DNA of 64,000 bases from an uncultured Phycisphaerales bacterium (GCA_963758525.1 CAVWVQ010000003.1:2624001-2688000); one strand, 5' to 3'. Shown: positions 42,226 to 52,779, numbered from the stretch's first letter. Translations and numbers: made by a program. The notes: generated by a model from the sequence alone, not told the origin.

Positions 42226-42243
42226 CTGCCAGCATATTGTCAG
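42226..42243. promoter_or_regulatory. Putative WYL box 6 (CTGCCAGCATATTGTCAG)
   Basis: Same 18-bp spacing, ~30 bp upstream of the 42197 ATG. Confidence 0.55.
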
Positions 42244-42489
42244 AGAGCTGTCAGTGGGGCGTTGGTCGCGTCAATTATCCAACTGCAATGGAAGGGTTAA
42301 GTGAGCACGCGGAGATTTATCGTCCGCTCTCGCAGTGTTCCATGTAAGGGCCACATCCACGCCACATGTCGCCTACGCGCCTTTCACTGTGTACTCCTGC
42401 TCGTGCCACCGAATCGATCACCCGATCGATTAATGCTGGGACGGTTGCTTCCGATCACGTCACGATATTTCTGCTCAAGCTGGTGGAAC

Positions 42490-44610
42490 TCATTTTGGCC
42501 CGGGCTTTAGCTTTGGAACAAGCCCTAACTCCTTCATATCGTCAACAGTTTCGGGGATCCATTTCAAGGCGGTCTTCGGATTGCGGCGGACTTTATAGGG
42601 ATCTTCGGCAAAGTGTTTGGCGACCTTCGCAGCGATTTCTTCCGCCGTGCCACCTTCGAGCAAGCACTCCCACAAACAGCGGTCATAAGGATCGCGCGGG
42701 TACTTTACATGAGATCCGCCGGCACTGGCGGTGGAAGGCGCGGGCGGAAGGCCGGCGGCTTCATTGAGTCGGTCGGGGTTCCAGACCTGGTTCGCGATTG
42801 CGACGTATAGTTGCTGCCGTGCTTCAATGTCGGCTTTCTTGAACTCCTTGTGCCCGACAAACGGAAGGCCCGCTTGTTTTAGCTTTTTGAGTGGCGGATT
42901 GCGGTCGTACGCATCCGGATTGAGGGATTGCGCCAGCAGATTCTGTTCCAGGTATTTCGGCAATTTCTTGGCATATGACCAGTCATTGTAGCTAGCGTTG
43001 AAAGTTTTCGGCAGCAGCAGAAGCCCCCCGAGGCGATTGCGATATTCGTCGAAATCCGTTTTGTGTGTAAACTCTTCCTTGTGCTGATCCCAATGGTCGG
43101 CCCAGATGTGCTCCACCTCGTAGCCGTTCTTGCGACCTTCGGACATGAATTCTTCAAAATGCGACGCCAGACCGCCGTGCACTTCGATGAAATCTGTCAT
43201 GCGGGCCAATAGCCATTTGATCGAATAACGATTCATCTGGGTCAGCCCGAACGTAGGACGGGTGTCAAAAGTTTCTTCCTCGTCGTCCAGGCGCTTGCGC
43301 AGGATCGTCACGAGCTGCTCCGGGGACTTTCCCCGAATGTCACGCATGATGAGAAACATGGCGTATTGCATCGTCGAGTAGGCGATCGAGCGGTAGTTCC
43401 AAATCCGGCGTGCGATAAGAATGTCCACAAAAGACGCGACGATTTCTATTTTCTGTAGCCGCGTTGCCTCATCATCGGCGATCTTTAACGGGGCGAGGAG
43501 CAGCGGATATTGAAGGGTAAAATCGAGCCACGAGTTTGCGTAGACGATTTCAAAGCCCTTAACGGGCTTGAGGGAAGCGCGGGAAAGCAGCTCATACTGG
43601 CCGGAGTAGAATTTGAAGTCTTGTTCGACAAACCGGACGTAATCGGCGGACTTTGCGAGCCCCAGTCGCTCTTCGTTCTCCTTCTTCCGCACCCAGCGAT
43701 GGAACTCCGTGCCCAGACGGTCAAAATCACCGGGCTGCGCGCCTTTCTTGCGTTCCCGGATTGAATCCGCGTATTGGCTGCGCAGCCACGCTTTGACCGC
43801 ATCCGTCGGTTCTTCCTTATCGATTTCGAGAAGGCGATTGGTGGTCTGCTTCCAAATGGCGTTGACGCGATCGCGCTCGCCCTCGTCGGTGACGTTGGCA
43901 ATGAGGTAGCTCTTGAGCATGTCCAGCGGTGCCAGCGAGAGGCCGCGGTCATTCATGGTCTCAAAAATTGTATAGGCATCATCGTCGGAGTAAGCCGTGA
44001 TCTCGACGACGTGAACATTGGTGAGCAGCCAGTCCAAGAAGAAAGGCAGCGCCTGATCGTCGATGTCGGGTGGAAAATCTTCTGCGATCTCCTGATAGCG
44101 GGCGACCATGTTGCGTACCGCCTCCGGATCTTTGACCGTAGGGCTGTAATGCTTGCCGGCGTAGAGAGCGTCGAGGCATGGAGTGCGTTCGGGCACGTCG
44201 ATATTAAAAGATTTCTTACCGTACGTGACGGAGAGAATCAGATGATTCACAGGAACCCGTCGCTCTTCCGGTAGACCACGCTGCCGATGGTGCAAGTAAA
44301 TTAGGAACAAAGTCAATGTGGTGAGGCGCTGCTGGCCGTCGATGATGAAGCTCTGACCCTTCTTCTGGCTGAGGATAATTGAGCCGAGAAAGTAGTGGCC
44401 ATATTTCGCGACGGCGTCACGTTCCTGGTCTGGCTCGTAATGTTCCAGAAATTTCCTGCACAAGTCGTCAATCAGTTCGACGAGCTGCTTTGTCTGCCAC
44501 TTGTATTCACGCTGGTACGGGTCAATGGCGTAACGACGACTGAAAAACAATTCCCCGATGGTGCGGCCTTTGCCATCAATATCTTGGCGTTGAACTTCGG
44601 ACGTGCTCAT
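42490..44610 (-). CDS. DUF262-DUF1524 (GmrSD/SspE-like) modification-dependent nuclease
   Basis: YQREYKW, IIDGQQRLTT, IFETMNDRG, VEHIW...LGGLLLL...FNAS. Confidence 0.92.
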   Translation of the reverse strand: MSTSEVQRQDIDGKGRTIGELFFSRRYAIDPYQREYKWQTKQLVELIDDLCRKFLEHYEPDQERDAVAKYGHYFLGSIILSQKKGQSFIIDGQQRLTTLTLFLIYLHHRQRGLPEERRVPVNHLILSVTYGKKSFNIDVPERTPCLDALYAGKHYSPTVKDPEAVRNMVARYQEIAEDFPPDIDDQALPFFLDWLLTNVHVVEITAYSDDDAYTIFETMNDRGLSLAPLDMLKSYLIANVTDEGERDRVNAIWKQTTNRLLEIDKEEPTDAVKAWLRSQYADSIRERKKGAQPGDFDRLGTEFHRWVRKKENEERLGLAKSADYVRFVEQDFKFYSGQYELLSRASLKPVKGFEIVYANSWLDFTLQYPLLLAPLKIADDEATRLQKIEIVASFVDILIARRIWNYRSIAYSTMQYAMFLIMRDIRGKSPEQLVTILRKRLDDEEETFDTRPTFGLTQMNRYSIKWLLARMTDFIEVHGGLASHFEEFMSEGRKNGYEVEHIWADHWDQHKEEFTHKTDFDEYRNRLGGLLLLPKTFNASYNDWSYAKKLPKYLEQNLLAQSLNPDAYDRNPPLKKLKQAGLPFVGHKEFKKADIEARQQLYVAIANQVWNPDRLNEAAGLPPAPSTASAGGSHVKYPRDPYDRCLWECLLEGGTAEEIAAKVAKHFAEDPYKVRRNPKTALKWIPETVDDMKELGLVPKLKPGPK

Positions 44611-45645
44611 GATTTCCCTTTCAGCAGTTCATCAAGCAGACCATCTGCTTCCTTTTCCAGGGCGAGAATGTCGGCACGGAGGACGTCTAGGCTCTGTCTG
44701 ACGGATCGAATGTTCGGCGCTCGTTAGGTATTGCGCGTTCTTCTATGATCGTCATGATGTTCTCCACATGGAGGACAGATGGCGCACTACGAACTCACGG
44801 ATGATCACTGGAACCTGATCAAGGCACTTTTCCCCGTACAAAAACGTGGCGGACGATGGAACGACCACCGCATCACGCTCAATGGGATGCTCTGGATTCT
44901 TCGCTCCGGAGCTCCATGGCGAGACATGCCCGAACGCTACGGGAAATGGAAGAGCGTCTATGATCGCTTCAACCGCTGGCGGCGCGAAGGCTTCTTCGAT
45001 CGCATCCTCAAAGCACTGCGGATTCGACTCAACAAGGAGGGCAAGATCGATTGGGATCTCTGGCTCGTCGACGGCTCCAATGTGCGTGCTTCTCGCGCTG
45101 CCGCCGGGCGCGCAAAGGGGGCGCGGCCTCGACTTCGAACCGGCCGACCACGCGCTGGGCCGCTCGCGCGGCGGATGGGGATCAAAGTTCCACGTGGTTA
45201 CTGACGGAAAGGGCCTTGTGCTCGCCGTCACCGTTACCGCGGGGCAAACGCACGAATCCACGCAGCTCCACAAGGTGATGCACGCGGTGCAGCACCCCTG
45301 CACATCGGCTGGCCGGGGAAGATCGCGGGCGACAAAGGGTACAGCTACGAAACCGTTCGCCAGTTCCTGGCCGATTGCGGGATCGAAGCCGTCATCCCGC
45401 GCAAATCCAATCAGCCACGACCAAAGGGCGAGCGATTCGATAAAAGCAGCTACCGCAAACGAAGCCGCATCGAGTGTGCTATCGGATGGCTCAAGGAATG
45501 TCGTCGGCTGGGAACACGCTATGAGAAGCTGGCTCTTAACTTCTTGAGCTTCGCCAAACTCGCTATCATGCTGAAATACCTGAGGGTTCTCGATCCGTCA
45601 GACAGAGCCTAACGACCACAGAGGCTGATAGAATACGGCGAACAT
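44607..45645 (-). pseudogene. C-terminal remnant of a second hsdM, interrupted by the IS5
   Basis: Removing the IS gives FYQPLWSLDVLRADILALEKEADGLLDELLKGKS*, overlapping the DUF262 start by ATGA. Confidence 0.65.
44690..45609 (+). mobile_element. IS5-family insertion sequence, 920 bp
   Basis: 19-bp perfect IRs GGCTCTGTCTGACGGATCG; TA duplication; transposase from 44779 (LTDDHW, GAPWRDMP, GRSRGG, GDKGY) split at ~45115 and ~45310. Confidence 0.95.
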
Positions 45646-45647
45646 TG

Positions 45648-46037
45648 TCAGCCCCATGCGCCCGCGGTTGGATCAATCATAACCGTTTCATACCGCTTGT
45701 CGTCCTGAAGATGGCACTTGCTGTGCTGAACATCTGAAAGCAGCCGGAACAAGTCGCCGTCTGTGTCTTCGGCGATCCATTCCGCAAGAGACAACGCCTG
45801 CTGGGCCGACAGCCGTGTGCCATCGATGATGAACGTCAAGCGGATGCCGTATTCGTCGCAGTCGAACGGTTCAGGATCAGGACTCACGATGGGGATGAGC
45901 GACGACCCCACTCGTGTGGCAAATTCCCGTCCGCAGTTGCCAAGCACCCGAAGAAAGGGTTGCAGACCATCAGGTCGGTTCAAAGTGTCTCCTTTCGTAT
46001 TGGCATACAACCGGGGCACGATCACGCGGCTCCCCAT
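45648..46037 (-). CDS. Hypothetical protein
   Basis: ORF downstream of TGTCAG-N10-CATACC on the minus strand. Confidence 0.45.
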   Translation of the reverse strand: MGSRVIVPRLYANTKGDTLNRPDGLQPFLRVLGNCGREFATRVGSSLIPIVSPDPEPFDCDEYGIRLTFIIDGTRLSAQQALSLAEWIAEDTDGDLFRLLSDVQHSKCHLQDDKRYETVMIDPTAGAWG

Positions 46038-46073
46038 CCGCCAGCTTGATGACCAGCGGTATGCCTGCTGGCA

Positions 46074-46091
46074 CTGACAGCGTGCAGTCAG
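46074..46091. promoter_or_regulatory. Putative bidirectional WYL box 7 (CTGACAGCGTGCAGTCAG)
   Basis: N10-TAAATT on plus and N10-CATACC on minus; lies between divergent ORFs. Confidence 0.65.
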
Positions 46092-46198
46092 TAGTCGCAA
46101 ATAAATTCGGCTGGTGGCATGTTGGCGGTTAGACTGCCGGCGGCTTCACGACTGAATGGGGACTTCGCATGGGTACTGGATCTGTCGAGGGAGGTGTG

Positions 46199-46771
46199 AT
46201 GACTAACGAACTGCCATCCGGCTGCATAACGCTCTCTGAAGCAGCCGTGCGATTCGGCCTGTCGACTGACGCGTTATCGATGCTGCTGGTTAAAGCTCGG
46301 GTTGAAGCTGAGATCTACGGCGGAGTCCGTATCCTGTCGCGCGATGCATTGACCCGATTGGAAAATTTCTTGTCGGCACTTCCGCTGGTGCACGTCAGCC
46401 AGCGGCACAAAAAGTTCCGTAAACATGTGAAGCAGGTAAAATCTGCGAGCCCGCGGACGTTCACGGCGATAGAAAAGGCTGCTGATAAACTTGACCCTAG
46501 AGCCACCGATCAGGCGATCCGATCACTCCAAGAAAGATTTTCCACAGACAACTCCGTCACGCAGCCCGGGCCGGGTCTTGCCGAAATCGAGAAGCAACGG
46601 CGTTTACGGGAGAAGCAGCAGCAGCGGCTTGCCAAGCGGCAGGCTACAGAGCATCAGCGCGCGGTGGAGCGGCGGCTTGCGGAACAGAGCATTGCGCTGC
46701 AACAGCTTTTGGCGAAGCGAACGCCGTCGACCTTCTTTGGAAGTACAGGGCCGGACTACCCGGATTCTTGA
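46199..46771 (+). CDS. Hypothetical protein with N-terminal excisionase-like HTH and coiled coil
   Basis: GGAGG RBS; ITLSEAAVRFGLS. Confidence 0.55.
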   Translation: MTNELPSGCITLSEAAVRFGLSTDALSMLLVKARVEAEIYGGVRILSRDALTRLENFLSALPLVHVSQRHKKFRKHVKQVKSASPRTFTAIEKAADKLDPRATDQAIRSLQERFSTDNSVTQPGPGLAEIEKQRRLREKQQQRLAKRQATEHQRAVERRLAEQSIALQQLLAKRTPSTFFGSTGPDYPDS

Positions 46772-46786
46772 CGCGACAACGGATCT

Positions 46787-47323
46787 TTACCGCAGCGTCG
46801 GCCCGATACACTCGGCCGCCTCGGCACCGCTTAGAGTCTTCCGCACGGCCAGCAATTCCGCAAGCCGTTGAATCTTGTCGCGGTGGCGACGGACCAAGCG
46901 GCGGGCCTCAATCCTCAGTCGGGCGAGGTAGGCTTGGTGGATGTCGTCGCCCATGTACGATGTCCCGGAAGGATAAACGCCGTACTCTCGCGAAAGCCAG
47001 AAAGCGTTCTGGTTGTCCGCTCCCCCGTTGCTTTCCGGCGCATCGGGATCAATCAGCCACTCGGCTTCCATGCCCGCGTAACTGCCGATGATCGCCATCC
47101 GGGCAATCGCTCGCCGCTCGCGTTTGGTGTGTGCAATATACCCCAGCGGGGGCGGCGATGTGCAGCAGCCATTGGCGTCGTCGTGCGGTACGCAGGTGAC
47201 GGAATTGACCGCAAGGCCTTGGACAAGGTCGGCAACTGCATGTCCGGCTTCGTGCCAGCATGTGGCCATTTGCTGCGCTTCGGTGCGGCGGTTCTTTTTT
47301 GGGCCTGTTTTCTTCATTTTCAT
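46787..47323 (-). CDS. Stand-alone peptidase M41 (FtsH protease domain)-like metalloprotease
   Basis: HEAGHAV, AGMEAE, GAD, LAELLAVRKTLSG. Confidence 0.75.
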   Translation of the reverse strand: MKMKKTGPKKNRRTEAQQMATCWHEAGHAVADLVQGLAVNSVTCVPHDDANGCCTSPPPLGYIAHTKRERRAIARMAIIGSYAGMEAEWLIDPDAPESNGGADNQNAFWLSREYGVYPSGTSYMGDDIHQAYLARLRIEARRLVRRHRDKIQRLAELLAVRKTLSGAEAAECIGPTLR

Positions 47324-47432
47324 GGCCTTCCTTTTGCGCGCTTCGGTGTCGCCCCAGCAGCAATAACTATACGACATCTCCGGGTTGGGCGACGTCAGGC
47401 TGGAACGCGCATTCGCGATGTGCTCGACGCCG

Positions 47433-47466
47433 ATGACCTCACCACGTCAGTCATTTCGAATAAATT
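47433..47466 (+). promoter_or_regulatory. Putative WYL box 8 (ATGACCTCACCACGTCAG-N10-TAAATT)
   Basis: TGAC-N8-GTCA with a -10 hexamer at N10, upstream of a HEPN gene. Confidence 0.55.
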
Positions 47467-47529
47467 CGGCCGGGAGCGCCTCGATGGTTATACTTACGAT
47501 GGCAACACAGCTTTTGACGGGGAGTTCGG

Positions 47530-48237
47530 ATGGGGAACGGATCAATCACTCACTCAGCGACGGCGGCACCGCCTCTACCTGACCTGACGCCGGCGGCCAT
47601 GAAGATCCGCTTCAAAGACAAATGCACCGCCATCGGCACCCGGCATCGCAACTGGCAGGTTCGCGTCCACCGCTCTCTTTCCTGGCTGAAGCGGGCAGAC
47701 CAGTTCACCGACGAACAATCGGAAGCCCATTTCCTGTTCCTGTGGATCGCCCTGAACAGTCTCTACAGCGGATGGGATCCTGCCACGAACGCGCCGGGTT
47801 TCGACACGCAGGCGCGCGATGAATTTCTCCGTCGGGCGTGCGAGCGGGACAAGCCGCTGCTGGCTCAGATGCTCAAGGATTGCCGTGGGCTGGTGAAGAA
47901 ACTGCTGGAGAACCCGTTTCTGGCGGCGAGTTTCTGGAAACAACCAGACCATCCCCAGGCCAAGACGTGGGCTACGGCGGATGCTGGGTATCTGGACCGG
48001 CACCTGAAGAACGGCGAAATCAGCATCGTGCTGATCCAGGTGATGCACCGGCTGTTCATCTTCCGTGGCCAGCTTGTTCACGGGGCCAGCAGCGGGGGCA
48101 GTCGGCTGAACCGCGGCTCAATGAAGTATTGCCTGTGGGCGCTGCAGAAGTTCGTGCCGCTGCTGGTGCATGTGGTGATCGAGCACGGCTGTCACGATGA
48201 GTGGCCAGATTTGTGCTATCCACCGTTGTCGGGATGA
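47530..48237 (+). CDS. HEPN-domain protein (ApeA-like)
   Basis: HRSLSWLKRA, FLFLWIALNSLY, RGQLVHG (R-x4-H); alternative start 47599. Confidence 0.8.
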   Translation: MGNGSITHSATAAPPLPDLTPAAMKIRFKDKCTAIGTRHRNWQVRVHRSLSWLKRADQFTDEQSEAHFLFLWIALNSLYSGWDPATNAPGFDTQARDEFLRRACERDKPLLAQMLKDCRGLVKKLLENPFLAASFWKQPDHPQAKTWATADAGYLDRHLKNGEISIVLIQVMHRLFIFRGQLVHGASSGGSRLNRGSMKYCLWALQKFVPLLVHVVIEHGCHDEWPDLCYPPLSG

Positions 48238-48899
48238 ACCGCAACTGAATCGGGACTTCGTGATCGCGGATCCGTCAGACAGTTTTGACGTTTGAGGCAC
48301 GGACACTTCAGCCGGACCTCTTTCAACGTCTGAGCAGTCAGACCGTCTGGTAATGATGTCTGTTTTGACGATCCGCCGTTCGACTGCGATGATTCGAGGC
48401 GACAAAGCGAAGGAAGAGAAATGAAAACAGTAGAGGCGGAGGAGATGCCGTTGGGCCGGCGAACCCCCCTGGATGACGACGACGTGAGTTCTTCCAGATT
48501 CAAGAGTAGCAAGTGACTCGATTGAAGATCCAAGCAGGTAAGCTATGCCAAAAGGTGAACTCAAGCGACTCATTATAGAATATGACGACGTCTCGCGTGA
48601 CTTGCGGAATTATCAGAGTGCTGCCGTTCGGGCGATGAACGGCATCGACCTCACTCAACAACAGATTACCGAAATGCTGGCGAAAAAGGCTGCAGCTTGC
48701 CGTAGACATTCGTGCTGCGGTTGCTTCACAGCCTTCTTCAGTCGAAGTCCTTCTCGATTGGATTCTTCGCTCAAACTAGCCGCTATCCGTCTCGACAATT
48801 TCGTCCGCAAAAAGAACTTGTGAAAGAGAAGGCACCAGGCGATTGATCGCCTTGTCGAGCGGATGACGCACGAGGCAATGCAAGCTGGAGTGTGTGATC

Positions 48900-49493
48900 A
48901 TGGGATCATTTTCAACAAGATTTCATGATGCTGTGGTGTATGCGGTCGAGCTGCATGCGAGCCAGCTCCGCAAATCAACCGACATACCGTACGTCTCCCA
49001 CCTGTTTGGCGTGGCAGGCCTGGCGATGGAGTACGGGGCGACGGAGGACGAAGCGATCGGAGCATTGCTCCACGACGCAGTGGAAGATCAGGGCGGCAAG
49101 CCGACCCTCGAAGAGATTCGCCGACGGTTTGGCGATGGCGTCGCCGCGATCGTCCAGGGCTGCACCGACACGGATGTCCAGCCGAAGCCGCCGTGGCGCG
49201 CCCGCAAGGAGGCATACATCGCCCACGTCCGCCACGCCAGCCCGTCGGTTTGCCTGGTTTCGGCGTGCGACAAGCTGCACAACGCCCGCTGCATCTTGAG
49301 TGACGTCCGTTTCGAGGGCGATGCGGCATACAGCAAGTTCACCGGAGGGAAGGACGGCACGTTGTGGTACTACCGCTCGCTGGCAGATGGATTCGTCGGC
49401 AAGATTCCGATGCGTCTCGCAGACGAGCTGGAACGTGTCGTAGCGGAGCTTGAGCGCCTGGCGTCGAAGAATCGGACGGAACTGATCGGGTAA
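48900..49493 (+). CDS. HD-domain small alarmone hydrolase (Mesh1/SAH-like)
   Basis: HASQLRK..IPYVSH, LLHDAVED, DKLHNAR. Confidence 0.88.
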   Translation: MGSFSTRFHDAVVYAVELHASQLRKSTDIPYVSHLFGVAGLAMEYGATEDEAIGALLHDAVEDQGGKPTLEEIRRRFGDGVAAIVQGCTDTDVQPKPPWRARKEAYIAHVRHASPSVCLVSACDKLHNARCILSDVRFEGDAAYSKFTGGKDGTLWYYRSLADGFVGKIPMRLADELERVVAELERLASKNRTELIG

Positions 49494-49634
49494 AGGCTAT
49501 CGTGGACAAAGCGAGATGGCTGCGGTCCGCTGAAATTGCGTGACCCTTTCGTTAGACCTCGGGCCGGGACCATTGTAACGGTCGAAGGGCAGGGCGAGCA
49601 CGTTGCAGGAAATAATTGGCTCGATGGTGTGAAC

Positions 49635-50465
49635 GTGGGACGACAAAAAGAACACTCCGTGCTTGACGAGGTGTTCGAACGGCTGAAGGTGACCCCGATC
49701 TGGTTCGGACCTGTACTTGCGCTCGTAGTATTCGTCTTTTTCCGATTCGCGATCCCACTGCTCATGCCATCAGCAAAGCCGGGATTCTCGGTTTCTTCGC
49801 TATTACTTCAGATGCTGCCGCTGCTTTCCTGGCTGGCCGGTGGCGCTCTATTGCTGGCGTGGTTCATGGCTGAACTCTGGAAGCTATTCAACCGTCGTCT
49901 TCTCGACGGCCAAACAGGACTCGCAAGCATTCGAGATGTCTCATGGCAGGAGTTCGAGCGTCTGGTCAGTGAAGGCTATCGACGCATGGGCTATGTAGCG
50001 GAGGTCGTCGGAAGCGCATCGGGCGATGGTGGTGTAGACATCAGACTCACCGGGTTCGGCGAGAAGGTACTTGTTCAATGCAAGCAGTGGCGAGCGTATA
50101 CCGTCGGCGTCACGACTGTTCGGGAGTTGCTCGGCGTGGTCGTCAGCCAGAGGGCAGATAAGGGCATTCTGGTAACTTCTGGAAGGTTCACGCAGCAGGC
50201 CAAGCTGTTCGCCGCCACGAATCCTGCCATTGAGTTAGTAGATGGTCCGGCACTGTTCGAGCTGATTCGTGCGGTACAGAAGAGTTCCGACAAGCGGAAT
50301 GCGTTTCCCGGTCAACCGACCATTCCGGTGGCACATTCACCAGAATGTCCCTCCTGTCGTTCGGAGATGGTCCTACGCATCGCACGCAAGGGAGCTAATC
50401 CCGGCTCCCGATTTTGGGGCTGCCCGAACTACCCTCGCTGCCGGGGAACCAGACCTGCCATTTGA
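49635..50465 (+). CDS. Membrane-anchored Mrr-like endonuclease with C-terminal topoisomerase-type Zn ribbon
   Basis: Two TM helices, SWQEFERLV, DGGVD...VQCK, CPSC...FWGCPNYPRC. Confidence 0.9.
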   Translation: MGRQKEHSVLDEVFERLKVTPIWFGPVLALVVFVFFRFAIPLLMPSAKPGFSVSSLLLQMLPLLSWLAGGALLLAWFMAELWKLFNRRLLDGQTGLASIRDVSWQEFERLVSEGYRRMGYVAEVVGSASGDGGVDIRLTGFGEKVLVQCKQWRAYTVGVTTVRELLGVVVSQRADKGILVTSGRFTQQAKLFAATNPAIELVDGPALFELIRAVQKSSDKRNAFPGQPTIPVAHSPECPSCRSEMVLRIARKGANPGSRFWGCPNYPRCRGTRPAI

Positions 50466-50785
50466 CCAGCTCAAGCGCGCCGAAGGCATCCTTCTGGCGA
50501 AATGTACATCGGGTTCGCCAGTTTACGGAACGTCGTAATCAACTTGCCGCGACAGTGAGCGAATGGTTTGGAGCAATCGGCCAGGCGTAAGATCGATGCA
50601 CTTGTGGTGAGTATCCCGAGCACCTCCTTGCGAATGAAGTGACCGAGCGGGTATGGTTACGAATTCACGGTCCTGGGCGGCTGCACGATATTGCCGTGAG
50701 GGGTGGGCGTATCCCTTCCTCTTATTCGCGCGATTCTATGGAGCTGAGTCATCAGGGATCGTCTCTCAGGAAAGGGAACGGCGCT

Positions 50786-52624
50786 ATGTCTGGAAATCGG
50801 CCAAACGTTTCGGGCAATCGATCTGCGTCACTACCCTTTTCTTGACGTCGTCAGCTGAAGCCATTCTTCATTGTCGAACGACTGGAGGATCGAACGCTTC
50901 TAAGCGGAATTACGACTCTGGCGTCGTTCAACGGTACCAACGGCAGCAATCCTGTCGCTGGCTTGGCACTTGACAGCAGCGGGAACCTCTTCGGTACAGC
51001 CAATTCCGGCGGTGCGAATTCCCAAGGCACCGTGTTCGAACTCGCCAACGGTAGCAAGTCGATTACAACCGTCGCTCCGCTCAATGGTAGCGGTGCGGCA
51101 AGTATTCAGGACGGGGTAGTGATGGACGGCAGCGGTAATCTGTTCGGTACCAGTTGGGGCGGAGGTGTGGATGGGGAGGGGACAGTGTTTGAAATCGTCA
51201 AAGGCTCTAACACGCTTACTGTGCTGGCTTCTTTTGATGGCGGCAACGGCGCTCATCCATACGGCAGCTTGATTTTGGATCGAAGCGGAAATCTTTTCGG
51301 TGCCACATCCGTGGGGGGTGATAGCAACAACGGCACGATATTCCAGATTGCGAGCGGCAGTAACACGATCACCCCACTTGCTTCATTAAATGGTGCAAAC
51401 GGAAGCTACACCGCGGCTTCATTGGTGATGGACAGTACCGGGAACCTTTACGGTGTGAGCACAGGCGGCGGCGCTAATACCAACGGAAGTGTCTTTGAAC
51501 TCGGCAACGGCGCAAACACGATCACGACGTTGGCGTCCTTTGACGGTAGTAACGGCAGTTATCCCAATGGTGCCCTGGTTTTGGACAGCGAGGGGAACTT
51601 ATACGGCACCACCGAAATTGGTGGGGATAACGGTAACGGCACAGTGTTTGAAATCGCCAAGGGTAGTAACGCGATCAGAACGTTGGCTTCGTTCAATGGG
51701 AACAACGGCGCAAATCCTTATGCCGGTATGGCATTCGATGCAGCCGGCAACCTCTTCGGGACTGCTTGGGCCGGTGGCGATAACGGTGATGGCACGGTGT
51801 TTGAGGTCGTCAAAGGAAGCAGCACCATCGCGACCCTGGCATCGTTTAGCGGTAGCGATGGGAGCAATCCGGTTGGGGGAGTGGTCATAGACAGTTCGGG
51901 AAATCTATACGGCACTACCAGCAAGGGCGGTGCGAATGGCGTGGGGAGCGTCTTCGAGTATTCCCCAACGGCATCGTCTGACTCTCCGGGCGTCACTGGC
52001 GCACAACTTGTCAAAATAATGCCAGTACTTGGGATCACGATGGCTACGCAGCTTGCACCTGCTCTTAACGCTGCCTTGGCGGAATTTGGGATAAACACCA
52101 AGGTGCGTGAGGCATGTTTTCTTTCTCAGATAGCGGCTGAATCGATTCAGCTTACCGATTGGGATGAGCAGATAAGCGCTATAAGTGGACCAAATTATAT
52201 CAATTACACGACGTTCAGCCCGATTAAAAAAGATGTTGTCAGAGCAAAGTCGTTTGGAATGACGCTCGCCAACGACGGTCTGCTCTATCATGGCCGAGGC
52301 CCTATCCAACTGACTTGGCTTACCACTTACACCCAGGCGAGCCGGTATCTCTTTCCAGCAGATCCGCTGCTCCTTGTGAATTCACCGACGCTAGTCAGCG
52401 ACACTACCCAGCCACAATATGGATTTCGAACTGCGGGTTGGTTTTGGACCAGGGCGAAATCGAAAAATCTGAATATCATCGCGGACACGCTAAATCCCGC
52501 AAAGAGCGCATCGGTTCAACAAGTGAATAAGCAGCTCACGAAGATCGTAACGGGCGGCTTAAATGCGACTACTGTGACTACGCGGCTGAAATTTCTAAAA
52601 CGAGCACTTGCCGATCTCTCCTGA
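50786..52624 (+). pseudogene. Secreted tandem-repeat (GloVer/choice-of-anchor) protein with C-terminal GH19 domain; in-frame TGA at 50843-50845
   Basis: ERLEDRTLLS leader, about seven DSxGNLYGT...GTVFE repeats, FLSQIAAES, YHGRGPIQLT. Confidence 0.8.
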
Positions 52625-52779
52625 GATTTCCGTATGCGGTAGATCTCTGCTCTCCGCACTAGCAAGACCGATCTGCCCGCAGGGAAGGCCGCGTTGCAGG
52701 ATTTGATCGGCAACCTGGAGCAGGCGACGCAGCAATAGGGGGGTTACATAAAAGAGCTGGTCCTGATACACCCCGCGGA

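Noticed and set aside
48269..48282. GATCCGTCAGACAG, 14 bp identical to the IS5 right IR
   Set aside because: Terminal bases and any transposase remnant are missing; may be chance, so no composite transposon is claimed
33711..50845. Stop-codon reassignment as an explanation for the in-frame TAG and TGA
   Set aside because: TAG and TGA both end many clearly complete genes here; no tRNA or recoding machinery seen
50900..51960. Regularly spaced repeats as a possible CRISPR array
   Set aside because: They are in-frame protein repeats with synonymous variation; no cas genes or spacer pattern
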